A stretch of DNA of 64,000 nucleotides from an uncultured Gammaproteobacteria bacterium (lineage in GTDB: Bacteria; Pseudomonadota; Gammaproteobacteria; Steroidobacterales; UBA11654). Shown in pieces: positions 1 through 9,906 of the stretch. Position numbers and translations under genes: made by a program. The DNA lies in the NCBI GenBank assembly GCA_937801655.1, contig CALMWC010000003.1, positions 2,574-66,573 on the forward strand, in the 5' to 3' direction. Under the pieces are notes generated by a model, which had not been told where the DNA came from, did not search any database, and saw only the letters and a program-made list of their open reading frames with translations. The number at the start of each line of letters is the position of its first letter. Within the stretch, counting starts at the first letter, position 1.

Positions 1-871
1 GCCTGTCACCTGGACACGAGTGGTAAATGGTTGGTTTGACAAACATCGTGGAATAGCACTAGGGATAACATTAGCCGGCACAGGCTTTGCTGCAACACTT
101 GCACCAACTTATGTTACTTGGTTGATTACAGAGTTTGGTTGGCAAAAAACTTATGTGATGTTAGCACTCACTATTACATTAATTGGTTTGCCAGGTGTCT
201 ATTTTCTATTCTTTGAGTCCAATAATAATGGTATGAAAGAGAATAAAAATAAAAAACAAAAAGAAACAAACACCCATCAGATAACTTCATATAGAGCAGC
301 AATCATGAGCTATCATTTTTGGGCCATAGGAATTGCCTTGGTCTTGGCAGCAGCTGCAATATCGGGCCTTATCACCAATAGTGTTCCAATGCTTATTGAT
401 CAAGGTAAAACACTTCAGCAGGCAGCGAAATATGCGGGACTTATAGGGCTTAGTGTCATTTCTGGAAGGCTGGTCGTGGGCTTCTTAGTGGATTACTTTT
501 GGGCTCCATTAATAGCAGCAATATTTTTGACAGCACCTATTTTTTCAATCTATGTTTTCAGCACTGCAATGCCTTCAATAACCATGGTTTCACTTGCTAT
601 GATTGTTATTGGTTTAGCTGCTGGAGCAGAGTTAGATTTATTAGCTTTCTTGGTGAGTCGCTATTTTGGGCTCCATGACTATGGAAAACTATATGGAGCG
701 CTTTATATATTCTTCTCTATTGGTGCGGGCTTAGCTCCAGCAGCTTTTGGTATGGCTTTTGATTATTTTGGTAATTATACATTAGTGTTAAAAACCGTTG
801 CCATAATGTCTGCTATCAGCGGCATTTTAATGTTGTCGCTTGGGAAGTACCCAACCCTTAAAACAAAGTAA
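1..871 (+). CDS. MFS transporter, C-terminal part (5' end lies upstream of the window)
   Basis: The frame is open from the window edge. The translation is a series of hydrophobic helices (GIALGITLAGTGFAATLAP, LVVGFLVDYFWAPLIAAIF, GLAPAAFGMAFDYFG) around a Lys/Asn-rich central loop, as in 6+6 TM MFS permeases. The start listed at 20 is probably internal. Confidence 0.7.
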   Translation, partial: PVTWTRVVNGWFDKHRGIALGITLAGTGFAATLAPTYVTWLITEFGWQKTYVMLALTITLIGLPGVYFLFFESNNNGMKENKNKKQKETNTHQITSYRAAIMSYHFWAIGIALVLAAAAISGLITNSVPMLIDQGKTLQQAAKYAGLIGLSVISGRLVVGFLVDYFWAPLIAAIFLTAPIFSIYVFSTAMPSITMVSLAMIVIGLAAGAELDLLAFLVSRYFGLHDYGKLYGALYIFFSIGAGLAPAAFGMAFDYFGNYTLVLKTVAIMSAISGILMLSLGKYPTLKTK

Positions 872-1017
872 AGAAAAAACGACTCCAATCAAGCGTCAAG
901 ATTTTTAGTTTTTTCTAATATTATCCATTGTCCACTATTAGGACATATTTTTTTTATCTTGTGAGCTATACCTATATTGGCTATCCTTGTTCAACAAACT
1001 AACAACGGGGAATTGTA

Positions 1018-3387
1018 ATGTTTAAAATGAAGCTAAAAAATTCATTAATTGGATATTTAACAGTATTAGTAACTACTTTTTGTATAACTTTAACTACTTC
1101 TGAAACCACAATCGCACAAGACGGCGCGTCTTTGGTGGAGGAGATTGTAGTTACCGCAAGAAAAAGAGAAGAGAATATACTTGATGTCCCATTAGCAATC
1201 ACAGCATTAAGCGCTAGTGACATCGAGGACAAAGGAATAAGCGAATTCAAAGATATTATTGCATTTACACCAGGCTTCCATTTTGCAGAACACTCTGTTG
1301 GAAGAGCGGATAGATCTAATAGAATACTTGTCATTAGAGGCATGCACATCAGCCAAGAAAATGATCATCAACAAGCAGCCACGGTTTTTGTCGACGGTGC
1401 ACCAATGCATGGTAGTGTGATCGCAGGCCTTGAAGACGCCGAAAGAATCGAGGTTGTCAGAGGACCACAAAGCGCATACTTTGGTAGAGCGACACTTTCA
1501 GGAGCTGTTAACTACGTAACAAAAACTCCTGGCCAAGAGTCTAAAAGCAAAATAGTTGCTGAAGTAGGAAAATATGGAACCACAAACCTTGGGTTCTCTA
1601 CAGAAGGCCCCATCAATGATACAACAGCATATCGTATAGCGATTAGCTCTCAAGATACTGATGGGCAATATACAGCAGCTAATTCACCAACATTAAAGCT
1701 GGGTGAAAGAAGTACGGTCAGTTTTGCGGGAACCCTATATTTTGAACCAAGCGATAATTTTAATGCGAAGCTTCGTTATCATACTTGGGAAGATGAAGAT
1801 GGCCCAGGTGCAGCTTTTGGCTATGGTGTTAACAATGGAGAAGCACTTTTTAATTGTAATCTACCTAACTCATCATTGGCAGCTAGAAATGGAACCAATA
1901 ACTGGTTTTGTGGTGTAGCGCCTTTTCCTCAAGATGCCAACATTCAGTATGATGCTCAAATGAGCCCCAATAAAGTAAGCCTATTAAATGGTGTTCCAAC
2001 AGCAGGTTTAAGTATAGACACTATTACTGATAATCCATTTCTTAATGGGTTTGGTTTTGCTAGAGAAGCCAGTCAAGCCAGCTTGATTATGAATTGGTCA
2101 CTTGATAGCGGCATCAGTGTTACCTCTATAACAGCTTCTAATGATAATCGATGGATGGCATTGGACGATCTTGATAGAAGGCACAATACAGATGTACCAG
2201 ACTCACTCAGAGATGTGTCACTTCTTAATGGTAGAGATTTAAAAGATTTCAGCCAAGAAATTAGAATTAGTTCTCCTCAAGATCAAAGATTAAGATGGTT
2301 GTTGGGGGTAAGTAAGTTTAGTTTTGAAGGAAAGAGAACCAGTGGTTTTCATATCTTTAGCTCAGTCAGATCATTGAGCCTTGGTAACGTATTTGATATT
2401 GATACAACAGGGTTTTTTGCTGCAGTTGAATATGATATTACAGATGACCTAACAATCAACCTAGAAGGCAGAAGACAAAAAGATGACGTTCAAGAAGCAA
2501 GATCAAGCGGAGCAGAATTTGTATCAGGAACCTTTAATAGCACCACTCCAAGAATAGCTCTTGATTATCAAATGAATGATGATGTGACACTTTATGCAAG
2601 CTATGGAGAAGGAACAAGACCTGGCGGCTTCAATGTTAATTTATTTGGAGAGTCACAATCTGTTCTTGATCAACTCGCCTTGTCTGGTATTTATAAAGAG
2701 GTTGAAGAAGAAGAGTTAGAGATGTCCGAATTTGGAATTAAAGCCTCATTAATGGATGGTAGAGCTTGGATGCAGGCAGCTATTTATCAAGGGGATTGGA
2801 GCGCACAACAAGCAGCAGGTGCTTTTGTAGGCGATATCTTTTATGGCGGCACAGCTACCGGTGGAGAAATAGACCTATCTGGTTATGAAATAGAGGGCGC
2901 ATGGGCAGTTTCAGATAACTTTAAACTAGAAGCAACAATAAGTAATAATGACTCTGATATAAAAATACTTACAGATTGTGCTGACTGTACTGTTCTCTTA
3001 GGAACATCAGATATAAGTGGTATGGGCAAAAGAAAACAAAGAAACCCAAAATCACAACGATCTCTTTCAGGAACTCTTGATGGACAAATGAGCAATGGAA
3101 CAGAGTGGTATTTAAGAGCCGACCTTCTTCACACAGGCAGCAGTTATGCAACTGATGCAAACGTGACTGAAACAGGGTCAAGCAATCGAGTGAATATGAG
3201 GTATGGAATTGTGAAGGATAACCTTCGCTTAGAATTGGTTGGAGAAAACCTTACTAATGATAAAACCTTTACCAATTATCAGTTTTTAATTGATTTTGCT
3301 TACTTACCTCCAAGTGTGAATAGAGTTCTAACTGGGGGACTTCCTGATTTAAGATATTATGGAGTGAAAGCCACATACAGCTTCTAA
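1018..3387 (+). CDS. TonB-dependent outer-membrane receptor
   Basis: 789 aa with an N-terminal signal peptide. It has a TonB-box/plug start (LVEEIVVTARKREENILDVPLAITALS, IEVVRGPQSAYFGRATLSGAVNY), a long beta-barrel body and a C-terminal aromatic ending (YYGVKATYSF). Confidence 0.85.
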   Translation: MFKMKLKNSLIGYLTVLVTTFCITLTTSETTIAQDGASLVEEIVVTARKREENILDVPLAITALSASDIEDKGISEFKDIIAFTPGFHFAEHSVGRADRSNRILVIRGMHISQENDHQQAATVFVDGAPMHGSVIAGLEDAERIEVVRGPQSAYFGRATLSGAVNYVTKTPGQESKSKIVAEVGKYGTTNLGFSTEGPINDTTAYRIAISSQDTDGQYTAANSPTLKLGERSTVSFAGTLYFEPSDNFNAKLRYHTWEDEDGPGAAFGYGVNNGEALFNCNLPNSSLAARNGTNNWFCGVAPFPQDANIQYDAQMSPNKVSLLNGVPTAGLSIDTITDNPFLNGFGFAREASQASLIMNWSLDSGISVTSITASNDNRWMALDDLDRRHNTDVPDSLRDVSLLNGRDLKDFSQEIRISSPQDQRLRWLLGVSKFSFEGKRTSGFHIFSSVRSLSLGNVFDIDTTGFFAAVEYDITDDLTINLEGRRQKDDVQEARSSGAEFVSGTFNSTTPRIALDYQMNDDVTLYASYGEGTRPGGFNVNLFGESQSVLDQLALSGIYKEVEEEELEMSEFGIKASLMDGRAWMQAAIYQGDWSAQQAAGAFVGDIFYGGTATGGEIDLSGYEIEGAWAVSDNFKLEATISNNDSDIKILTDCADCTVLLGTSDISGMGKRKQRNPKSQRSLSGTLDGQMSNGTEWYLRADLLHTGSSYATDANVTETGSSNRVNMRYGIVKDNLRLELVGENLTNDKTFTNYQFLIDFAYLPPSVNRVLTGGLPDLRYYGVKATYSF

Positions 3388-3393
3388 AACCAC

Positions 3394-4803
3394 TTAAATA
3401 ATAACGATACGATCACCAATATTGTTAATTTGTTCACCACCATCTTTGGTAATTAGTGTGAGATCTTCAAGGTGAGCTGAACCACCAATGCCCGTGTGAA
3501 GCACGGGCATATCCACACTGATAATCATGTTTTCTTCTAACACCAAGTCATCCTTGACCCAGTATGAGCCCGGACCATCTCTTCCTGGTTCATCCGTATG
3601 AGAAAGGCCTACACTGTGAGGGGTCACAGCAACATTAAAGTTATAACCTGATTTTTTTATTGCATCACGACCAATCGCTCTAATCTCTGAATAACGAAGA
3701 CCTGGCTTTAGTTTTTCTCTCACCGCATCCCAACCAATCGCTATAGCGTCAGTAGCATCTTTCATTGAACGACTGGGCTCTCCTAGAAAAATCGTTCTCC
3801 CATAATCTCCAGTGTAATGAAAGGCTTGTGAAACACCATCAATTGCAAAAGCATCTCCATCTTTGAGTTCAGTATTAAAAACCTCTGAATTAACACTGTC
3901 AATTTGCATCAAAAGAGGCATGTTTCCAAGTTTTGCACACTCACTAAAAAACAATGCTTTTAGTTCGAAATGATTCGCCCCTGCCCTAACAGCTCTGACC
4001 GCATTAAGAGCAGCGGTTGCATTGTTTTCTGCTGTGATACGCATTAACTCTATTTCACGAGGCGTTTTAATTAATTTTATTTTACGAATTGCATGATCAC
4101 CATCTATTGTTTTTATATTAAGGCCGGAGGCAGTAATAACTTTTTTTATTACAGGGTGATCAATGCCAATTTTTGATTTTTCTAAACCATTGTTTCGAAT
4201 TGCTTTAGTCAGAGCCCATCTCGCATCAGCGCTTTCTGGAATATTCTCAAGCGCTATATCAAGCTTATCTAATCGATTCTTTTCAATGTAGCCCTGGGGC
4301 ACTTGTTTTTTATCTTGAAAAACAAAAGGTGGGCTTGCTTTGGGCTCCTTATTCAATATTTTATTATCAAGACTTGTGTCCATTATTTTTTTGTCCCACC
4401 CAGTAAAAAGGTAAACATCAGAAGGCCATTTAAAATTACTATCAGCAACACAAAAATAGTAGATAAACTGGTTCATAATAATGCTAATCGGCTGCTTTTC
4501 ATCCCGTGTTATTAAAGCAAAAGAGCTCGGAGCATCATGCCGAACTGCCAAATGATCATGGTAGCCAGTGAAATAGTAAAAGTTTATTGGTCTTGTAACT
4601 ATAAGCCCATCCAGGTTTTCTTCCGCCATAATTTTATAGGCACGCTCTAAGTTAATTAAAGGGCCACCACGAAGAATATTTGCTCCTTTTTGATGGTTTT
4701 TTAAAGAGGCAGCTTCAGGAGTTTTTGCAGCAGCGCTATCCATGCTTAGTGGAAGTAGAGCTCCACCCGCTAGTGTTGTTTTTAAGAGATCCCTTCTTTT
4801 CAT
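3394..4803 (-). CDS. M24-family peptidase (Xaa-Pro peptidase/creatinase-like) with a twin-arginine export signal
   Basis: 469 aa. The N-terminus MKRRDLLKTTLAGGALLPLSMDSAAA matches the Tat motif (RRxLLK plus h-region plus AxA). There is a creatinase/prolidase N-domain followed by pita-bread domain motifs (DAFAIDG, GDYGRT, HSVGLSHTDEPG, AHLEDLTLIT). Confidence 0.7.
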   Translation of the reverse strand: MKRRDLLKTTLAGGALLPLSMDSAAAKTPEAASLKNHQKGANILRGGPLINLERAYKIMAEENLDGLIVTRPINFYYFTGYHDHLAVRHDAPSSFALITRDEKQPISIIMNQFIYYFCVADSNFKWPSDVYLFTGWDKKIMDTSLDNKILNKEPKASPPFVFQDKKQVPQGYIEKNRLDKLDIALENIPESADARWALTKAIRNNGLEKSKIGIDHPVIKKVITASGLNIKTIDGDHAIRKIKLIKTPREIELMRITAENNATAALNAVRAVRAGANHFELKALFFSECAKLGNMPLLMQIDSVNSEVFNTELKDGDAFAIDGVSQAFHYTGDYGRTIFLGEPSRSMKDATDAIAIGWDAVREKLKPGLRYSEIRAIGRDAIKKSGYNFNVAVTPHSVGLSHTDEPGRDGPGSYWVKDDLVLEENMIISVDMPVLHTGIGGSAHLEDLTLITKDGGEQINNIGDRIVII

Positions 4804-4948
4804 AACTGATTAAACCCGTATTATTCTTTTTAATTCTATCTTAAATTATTTCTACAATGCTTTGTTTTTATTTTTTTGGTTGTAGCAATTTTGGGAAAGA
4901 TTGATTTTTATTATTGTAATGATATGACCTGTCTGACATCCTTTTAAA

Positions 4949-5860
4949 ATGAAGTATCCATACATACCTATTGTAAATAGAGGAAAACTCTCTTGGCCTG
5001 AAAACAAAAAGCTTGCCATTATTATTACAATTAATTTAGAAACATGGGACCTAACTAAAAAAACAGATAAACCTTATTATGCAGGTGGACCCTCAATACT
5101 ACCGGATCTTCTTCCCGGCAATGTTCCGGATTTTCCTAACTATATGTGGCGAGAGTATGGACAGAGAGTGGGAGTCTGGAGATTGTTTGAATTGTTTGAT
5201 CGTCTGGGCATAAAGCCGGGTTGCACTGTTAATGCTGAGACCTGTAATAGGCGTCGAGAAATGGTTGATGCTGCAATGGAAAGAGGGTATGAACTCATAC
5301 CTCATAATTTTGAGCAAGGCGAGCTATTAACTAATTTTTATAACAACCCTAAAAAAGAAGAAGAACTGATAAAAAGAACGTTAAAAGTTTTTGAAGAAAC
5401 AACAAAAACTAAACCACAAGGGTGGCTGTCTTCATCTCTTAGAGGCACCCTAAATACTGCAGATATCCTGGTGAGAAATGGACTTAAGTTTTATTGCGAC
5501 ACAATGAACGATGATCAACCCTATATGATTGAGACGCCATCGGGAGAAATAACAGCTGTGCCATATAATAATGAGATTAATGATTTTACTTTATTGACAA
5601 GAAGAGGGCACACCACAGATGAGTTTAGAGATATTTTATTGGAGGAAATGTCTGTGCTTTATGAGGAAAGCACAACAACAGCTAAGATCATGAATGTTGG
5701 GCTACACCCACATGTCAGTGGAAGAGCCTATCGAATTAGGGCTATTAAAGAGTTCATCCAAGAAGCACAAAAACTCGAAGGAGTTTGGTGGACAACTAGA
5801 TCCGATTTAACTGATTGGTATGCAACATGCCAGCAGGAGCATATTCCTAGATCTCGTTAA
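4949..5860 (+). CDS. Polysaccharide deacetylase (NodB-homology) family protein, PuuE-like
   Basis: 303 aa. LSWPENKKLAIIITINLETW, GYELIPHNFEQGE and MNVGLHPHVSGRAYRIRAIKEFI resemble the cytoplasmic PuuE/polysaccharide-deacetylase subgroup. Assigned from motifs recalled from memory. Confidence 0.55.
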   Translation: MKYPYIPIVNRGKLSWPENKKLAIIITINLETWDLTKKTDKPYYAGGPSILPDLLPGNVPDFPNYMWREYGQRVGVWRLFELFDRLGIKPGCTVNAETCNRRREMVDAAMERGYELIPHNFEQGELLTNFYNNPKKEEELIKRTLKVFEETTKTKPQGWLSSSLRGTLNTADILVRNGLKFYCDTMNDDQPYMIETPSGEITAVPYNNEINDFTLLTRRGHTTDEFRDILLEEMSVLYEESTTTAKIMNVGLHPHVSGRAYRIRAIKEFIQEAQKLEGVWWTTRSDLTDWYATCQQEHIPRSR

Positions 5861-6654
5861 TAATCCTCTTTGTTTTTAAGAGATTGTTGCCTGTTAATAT
5901 GAAGATTAATTCTTGAAGCAATTCCTTGAGAAATTTTCATTAAGCTAGGAACAAAGTTTTCTACCGCTTGGTCCAAAGCAACTGCTGATTTTGAGTAACG
6001 AACTGTTAATGCTCCACGAACGGTGTCTTCTTCTGTAATAATAGGTACAGATAAAGCTGTTTGATCGTCAAAACGCCTCGTTCTATTTTTTACCGCAAAA
6101 CCTTGATTTACAATTTTTATAAATTTATTCTCTAAAACTGCATAATTGTTAACAGGTTGTTTAGAGTCCTTGTTTATTTTTGCAAGTGTTTTTAGTATGA
6201 GCTTCCTTCTTTTTACTGGCATATACGAAAGAATGCATAAGCCTGAGGCTGTCTCTAGGATTGGCATTCTATAGCCAATACTAAACTGTTCTGCAGCAAA
6301 AGGACTTTGTTGATCTGTATTTTCTCTAACAATAATATTAATGCCCGAAATTGTCGCTAATGTTGCAGGCCAATTATGCTCTTGAGTAAATTTCTCTAAA
6401 AATTTGCGACTAATATTTGCCATATGATCTTCATCCGTATATCCATCGCTTAGCGATCTAACTTTTTGGGTTAACCTAAACCTTCGATCAGAAGCATGTT
6501 GATAGATAAACCCTTTTTCAGTTAGGGTTTCAAGAATCCTATAAACGGTGGATCTAGGCATTTTTAACTTTTTTGAAATCTCAGATGCGCTAGCACTATC
6601 GCTTTTATTAAATATTGCGATGATGTCCAAGCCCCGACTTAATGAACGAATCAA
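5857..6654 (-). CDS. IclR-family transcriptional regulator
   Basis: 265 aa. It has an N-terminal winged HTH (SLSRGLDIIAIFNK..ASEISKKLKMPRSTVYRILETLTEKGFI) and a C-terminal effector domain typical of IclR. It is divergent from the operon starting at 6719. Confidence 0.8.
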   Translation of the reverse strand: MIRSLSRGLDIIAIFNKSDSASASEISKKLKMPRSTVYRILETLTEKGFIYQHASDRRFRLTQKVRSLSDGYTDEDHMANISRKFLEKFTQEHNWPATLATISGINIIVRENTDQQSPFAAEQFSIGYRMPILETASGLCILSYMPVKRRKLILKTLAKINKDSKQPVNNYAVLENKFIKIVNQGFAVKNRTRRFDDQTALSVPIITEEDTVRGALTVRYSKSAVALDQAVENFVPSLMKISQGIASRINLHINRQQSLKNKEDY

Positions 6655-6718
6655 TTACTCACCTTATGCTATTTTTTGTTATTCCGATATACAATAAACA
6701 GTCTACAATTCAATTTCT

Positions 6719-8038
6719 TTGATGAACAGCCAAAGCGATAAAAATGAGTATCTTAAAATGACGGTTAAATTTAAAAACAAAGGCCTCTGTCTTCTTTGGC
6801 TAGTTTTTATTTTTGATGCTCATGCACAAGTGATTTCCGTGAATCCAAGTGTTAATGAAACCATAAACCAAATAGAGCGATTGCGTAAAGACGATATTTG
6901 GTGGACGGTTAATGGAAAAGACATGCTATGGAATTTTAAAAACCTCAATAAGGTTTTTCCAACAGTCACGGTTTATAGGAAGGGTGCAGTCAAACAACTA
7001 GAAAGCAATCTTAATAGCGATATTGATGCATTACAGATCAAAACCAAAACAGGAAGTATGGGGTTTAAAGCGTTTCTTGATAGCGAACAATCCACAGCTA
7101 TGGGAGTAGTTATTTTGCATAAAGGGAAGGTTGTTTTTGAGCACTACCCCAGAATGAAACCACATGAAAAACCAGTTCACTGGTCCGTCACAAAAGTGAT
7201 TGTATCCAGCTTGATAGCAATTCTTGAGGCAGAAAATAAGATTGATATTAGCTTACCTATTGACTTCTATCTACCGGAACTTAAGAATTCTGATTTTAAA
7301 AACATTACTATTAACAACATTCTTGATATGGCGACAGGCATTAACTGTCCAGATAATTATACAAATAAAAAATCTTGTTATTACCTTTATTCAATGGCTG
7401 TGGGAGATGGTTATTGGGATGAATCATCTCCTAGTAACCCTTATGAGTTTATAGCGAATATGAATTTTGGCTCTCTTTATGAGCAAGGAACGGTTTATAG
7501 CTACTCCGGAGTTAATACATTTGTTTTAGGTTGGCTGGTTGAAAAGATAACTGGCATGCAACTTCAAGATGCCTTGAGTGAGATGATATGGACAAAAATA
7601 GGGACCGAGAGTGATGCTGCCATTTTTGCTCCTAGAAATGGTATTCCTGTTATGCATGGCGGGCTGCTAACAACACTAAAAGATTTATCCAGATTTGGCC
7701 TATTATTTACACCCAGTTATTCAACTGTATCTAATCAACGTATCATTTCAGAAGAGCACATCGCATATCTATTAAATGAAGGAAGGCCTAGTTTGATTCG
7801 TGCAGAGGGCGGTAGGAAAATACCTAAAGAGCTAAAATATAATGTTTATCAGTGGGATATGGTTTATGAGAATGGTGACTTGTACAAAGGGGGTTGGGCT
7901 GGACAAGGCCTCATCACAAACCCAAAAAAAGACTATGTTGTTGTATGGAACAGTTATTTTAAAGATGATCAACGGAGCGAAACAGGCTTAGATTCCATTA
8001 TTCAACAAGTGTTACCCAGTATTAGAGGCTTAAAGTAG
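6719..8038 (+). CDS. Serine hydrolase, beta-lactamase (class C/DD-peptidase-like) family, probably secreted
   Basis: 439 aa with an SxxK motif (HWSVTKVIVSSLIAIL). The signal-like segment KNKGLCLLWLVFIFDAHAQ suggests the true start may be the internal ATG at 6758 (MTVKFKNKG...). Confidence 0.65.
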   Translation: MMNSQSDKNEYLKMTVKFKNKGLCLLWLVFIFDAHAQVISVNPSVNETINQIERLRKDDIWWTVNGKDMLWNFKNLNKVFPTVTVYRKGAVKQLESNLNSDIDALQIKTKTGSMGFKAFLDSEQSTAMGVVILHKGKVVFEHYPRMKPHEKPVHWSVTKVIVSSLIAILEAENKIDISLPIDFYLPELKNSDFKNITINNILDMATGINCPDNYTNKKSCYYLYSMAVGDGYWDESSPSNPYEFIANMNFGSLYEQGTVYSYSGVNTFVLGWLVEKITGMQLQDALSEMIWTKIGTESDAAIFAPRNGIPVMHGGLLTTLKDLSRFGLLFTPSYSTVSNQRIISEEHIAYLLNEGRPSLIRAEGGRKIPKELKYNVYQWDMVYENGDLYKGGWAGQGLITNPKKDYVVVWNSYFKDDQRSETGLDSIIQQVLPSIRGLK

Positions 8039-9066
8039 TGACTGAAAAGTATCTTGTGTATGGCAACGAACCATCACCTTACTCTATAAAAGTTCGATCC
8101 TATTTTAGATATAAAAGGATACCGCATAACTGGATTGAAAGGAGTTATAAAACAAATAGCGAGTTTAAGAAGCATGCAAAAATAGCCATAGTTCCGTTAG
8201 TTATTACCTCTGAAAAAAAAATCATACAAGATTCAACTCCAATTATTCAATCAATGGAAAACCAACTTCAGGAGCGTTCAATAGTTCCAAAAGAGGAGCA
8301 CACAGCATTTATAGCGAGGTTAGTGGAAGAGTATGCTGATGAGTGGCTAGTCAAACCGATGTTTCATTCTCGTTGGAAGTATGAAGAGGATCAATGGGAT
8401 GCAGCCTTTAGAATTACTGAGCCGTTTATACCTATTTGGATTAAAAAAATACCCATTATTAATCGTTTAGTGCATAAGCAAATTGCCTCAAGCATTCGAA
8501 AGCGCCAAATATCCAGACTTTGGGTTACAAGCTCCAATAAAGATACAGAGAGTCAAATTGAAGAGTCTTTTTTGGATTTTTTAAAACACAGCGAGGCGCA
8601 CCTACAATCGAGACCTTATTTTTTTGGTTTAAGGCCCTCTATTGCTGATTTTGGAATTTATGGCCAGCTTTACCAAGCATGGTCAGACCCAACCTTAAAA
8701 AAGATTATTGAGTCTAGCTACCCTAAAACATTAGAATGGATCTATTTGATGGAAAACCCAAAAATTAAAGGAGGTTTTGAGCTTTGGGAAAGCCTGGAGG
8801 AAACATTAATGCCAATCCTTATCAAAGATATAGGAGATATTTTTATGCCGTGGCTGCAAGCAAACAATCAAGCTGTTTTGAATGGAGATGATTTTTTATC
8901 TGTAATGATAAAAAACAAACCCTTTGAACACAGAGTTGGCTCACCAAACCGCTATCATAAAAAGTCTTTTTTGAGTTTACTGGAAGAGTATAAAACAATT
9001 AAAGACAAAACAAAGATTGATGCGATACTTCAAAAATCAAAACTAATAAATTATATTTCAGGCTGA
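8038..9066 (+). CDS. Glutathione S-transferase-like (thioredoxin-fold N-domain) protein
   Basis: 342 aa with a GTG start that overlaps the upstream TAG by 1 nt (TAGTG). The N-terminus YGNEPSPYSIKVRSYFRYKRIPHNWIE..VPLVI..IIQDSTPII resembles a GST N-terminal domain. The C-terminal helical part contains ADFGIYGQLY. Confidence 0.45.
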   Translation: MTEKYLVYGNEPSPYSIKVRSYFRYKRIPHNWIERSYKTNSEFKKHAKIAIVPLVITSEKKIIQDSTPIIQSMENQLQERSIVPKEEHTAFIARLVEEYADEWLVKPMFHSRWKYEEDQWDAAFRITEPFIPIWIKKIPIINRLVHKQIASSIRKRQISRLWVTSSNKDTESQIEESFLDFLKHSEAHLQSRPYFFGLRPSIADFGIYGQLYQAWSDPTLKKIIESSYPKTLEWIYLMENPKIKGGFELWESLEETLMPILIKDIGDIFMPWLQANNQAVLNGDDFLSVMIKNKPFEHRVGSPNRYHKKSFLSLLEEYKTIKDKTKIDAILQKSKLINYISG

Positions 9067-9069
9067 CAG

Positions 9070-9903
9070 ATGCAGAAATTAAAAATATATCAATCGCTTT
9101 GGGGTATGGAGCAAAGGCATCCAAAGGATGAGGAGCCTTCTGATGAAGCTAAGTTCACAAAAATTAAAACAGGGGGGTTTGATGGTGTCTGCATTGATCT
9201 TACGGTTGATGAAGTAGAGGAGTTTAAATCAATACAACCTTTATTCAAAAAAAATGAACTTGAATGTATGGTTAATGCATTTCCTTACCACCTTGATGAG
9301 CTCAACCCTATCCTTGATTTAGCAAAAGAATTTAATGCTTGTTTTGTAAATATCATTGGAGGGGTCATGCCCATTGATTATAAAGATGGTATCCCGGTTG
9401 TAAGACGATGGATGGATGATGCTAATAAAGCTGAAGTAGAGATACTGTTTGAAACCCACAGAGACAGTATTCTGAATGATTTGTATTATACGCTTCAGTT
9501 GATTGATGCTGTACCTGAGATGAGGTTATGTGCAGATCTTTCTCATTTTGTAGTGGACAGAGAGATGTGGACCCCAATCAACGCAAGGGATCAAAACTAT
9601 ATCAATACTATTTTGGATCGATCAGAATGTTTTCAAGGACGAGTAGCAGCGAGGGGTCAAATTCAAATACAACTAGGATTCCCTCAACATCAAGTATGGG
9701 TTGAGGTATTCAAAAATTGGTGGAAAGAAGGTATTAAAAGATGGAAAGCTAGAAATAATAATGATGCTACATTAATCTTCCTATGTGAGTTGGGACCACC
9801 CGCATATGCAATAACTGATGAGAATCAGTTAGAGTTATCCGACAGATGGGAAGAGGCATTGCTTATAAAGTCTTGGATTGAGTCTATATGGAGCGAGGTT
9901 TAA
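9070..9903 (+). CDS. Xylose-isomerase-like TIM-barrel protein (sugar phosphate isomerase/epimerase family)
   Basis: 277 aa, starting 4 nt after the upstream stop. The pattern of alternating strands and helices and acidic/His residues (FETHRDS, CADLSHFVV, CELGPP) resembles the AP_endonuc_2 fold. This is a weak by-eye assignment. Confidence 0.4.
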   Translation: MQKLKIYQSLWGMEQRHPKDEEPSDEAKFTKIKTGGFDGVCIDLTVDEVEEFKSIQPLFKKNELECMVNAFPYHLDELNPILDLAKEFNACFVNIIGGVMPIDYKDGIPVVRRWMDDANKAEVEILFETHRDSILNDLYYTLQLIDAVPEMRLCADLSHFVVDREMWTPINARDQNYINTILDRSECFQGRVAARGQIQIQLGFPQHQVWVEVFKNWWKEGIKRWKARNNNDATLIFLCELGPPAYAITDENQLELSDRWEEALLIKSWIESIWSEV

Positions 9904-9906
9904 AAT

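Noticed and set aside
999-1470. ORFs antisense to or out of frame within confident genes. Examples: 999..1349, 1207..1470, 16154..16471, 21592..21846, 25784..26113, 31044..31343, 36912..37211, 48937..49314, 61688..61999, 62925..63282.
   Set aside because: Each lies wholly inside a gene with strong family motifs on the other strand or frame. Their translations are low-complexity or Ser/Leu/Ile/Phe-rich with no recognisable motif, and none has its own intergenic space. Treated as chance open frames.
4851-6709. Shared 8-mer TCTACAAT in both promoter regions flanking the IclR gene (4851-4858 and 6702-6709), with TTGTAG at 4880-4885, considered as an IclR operator.
   Set aside because: An 8-mer shared between two AT-rich spacers, plus a 6-bp inverted partner 22 nt away, is within chance expectation. 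There is no clear palindrome of the usual IclR operator size.
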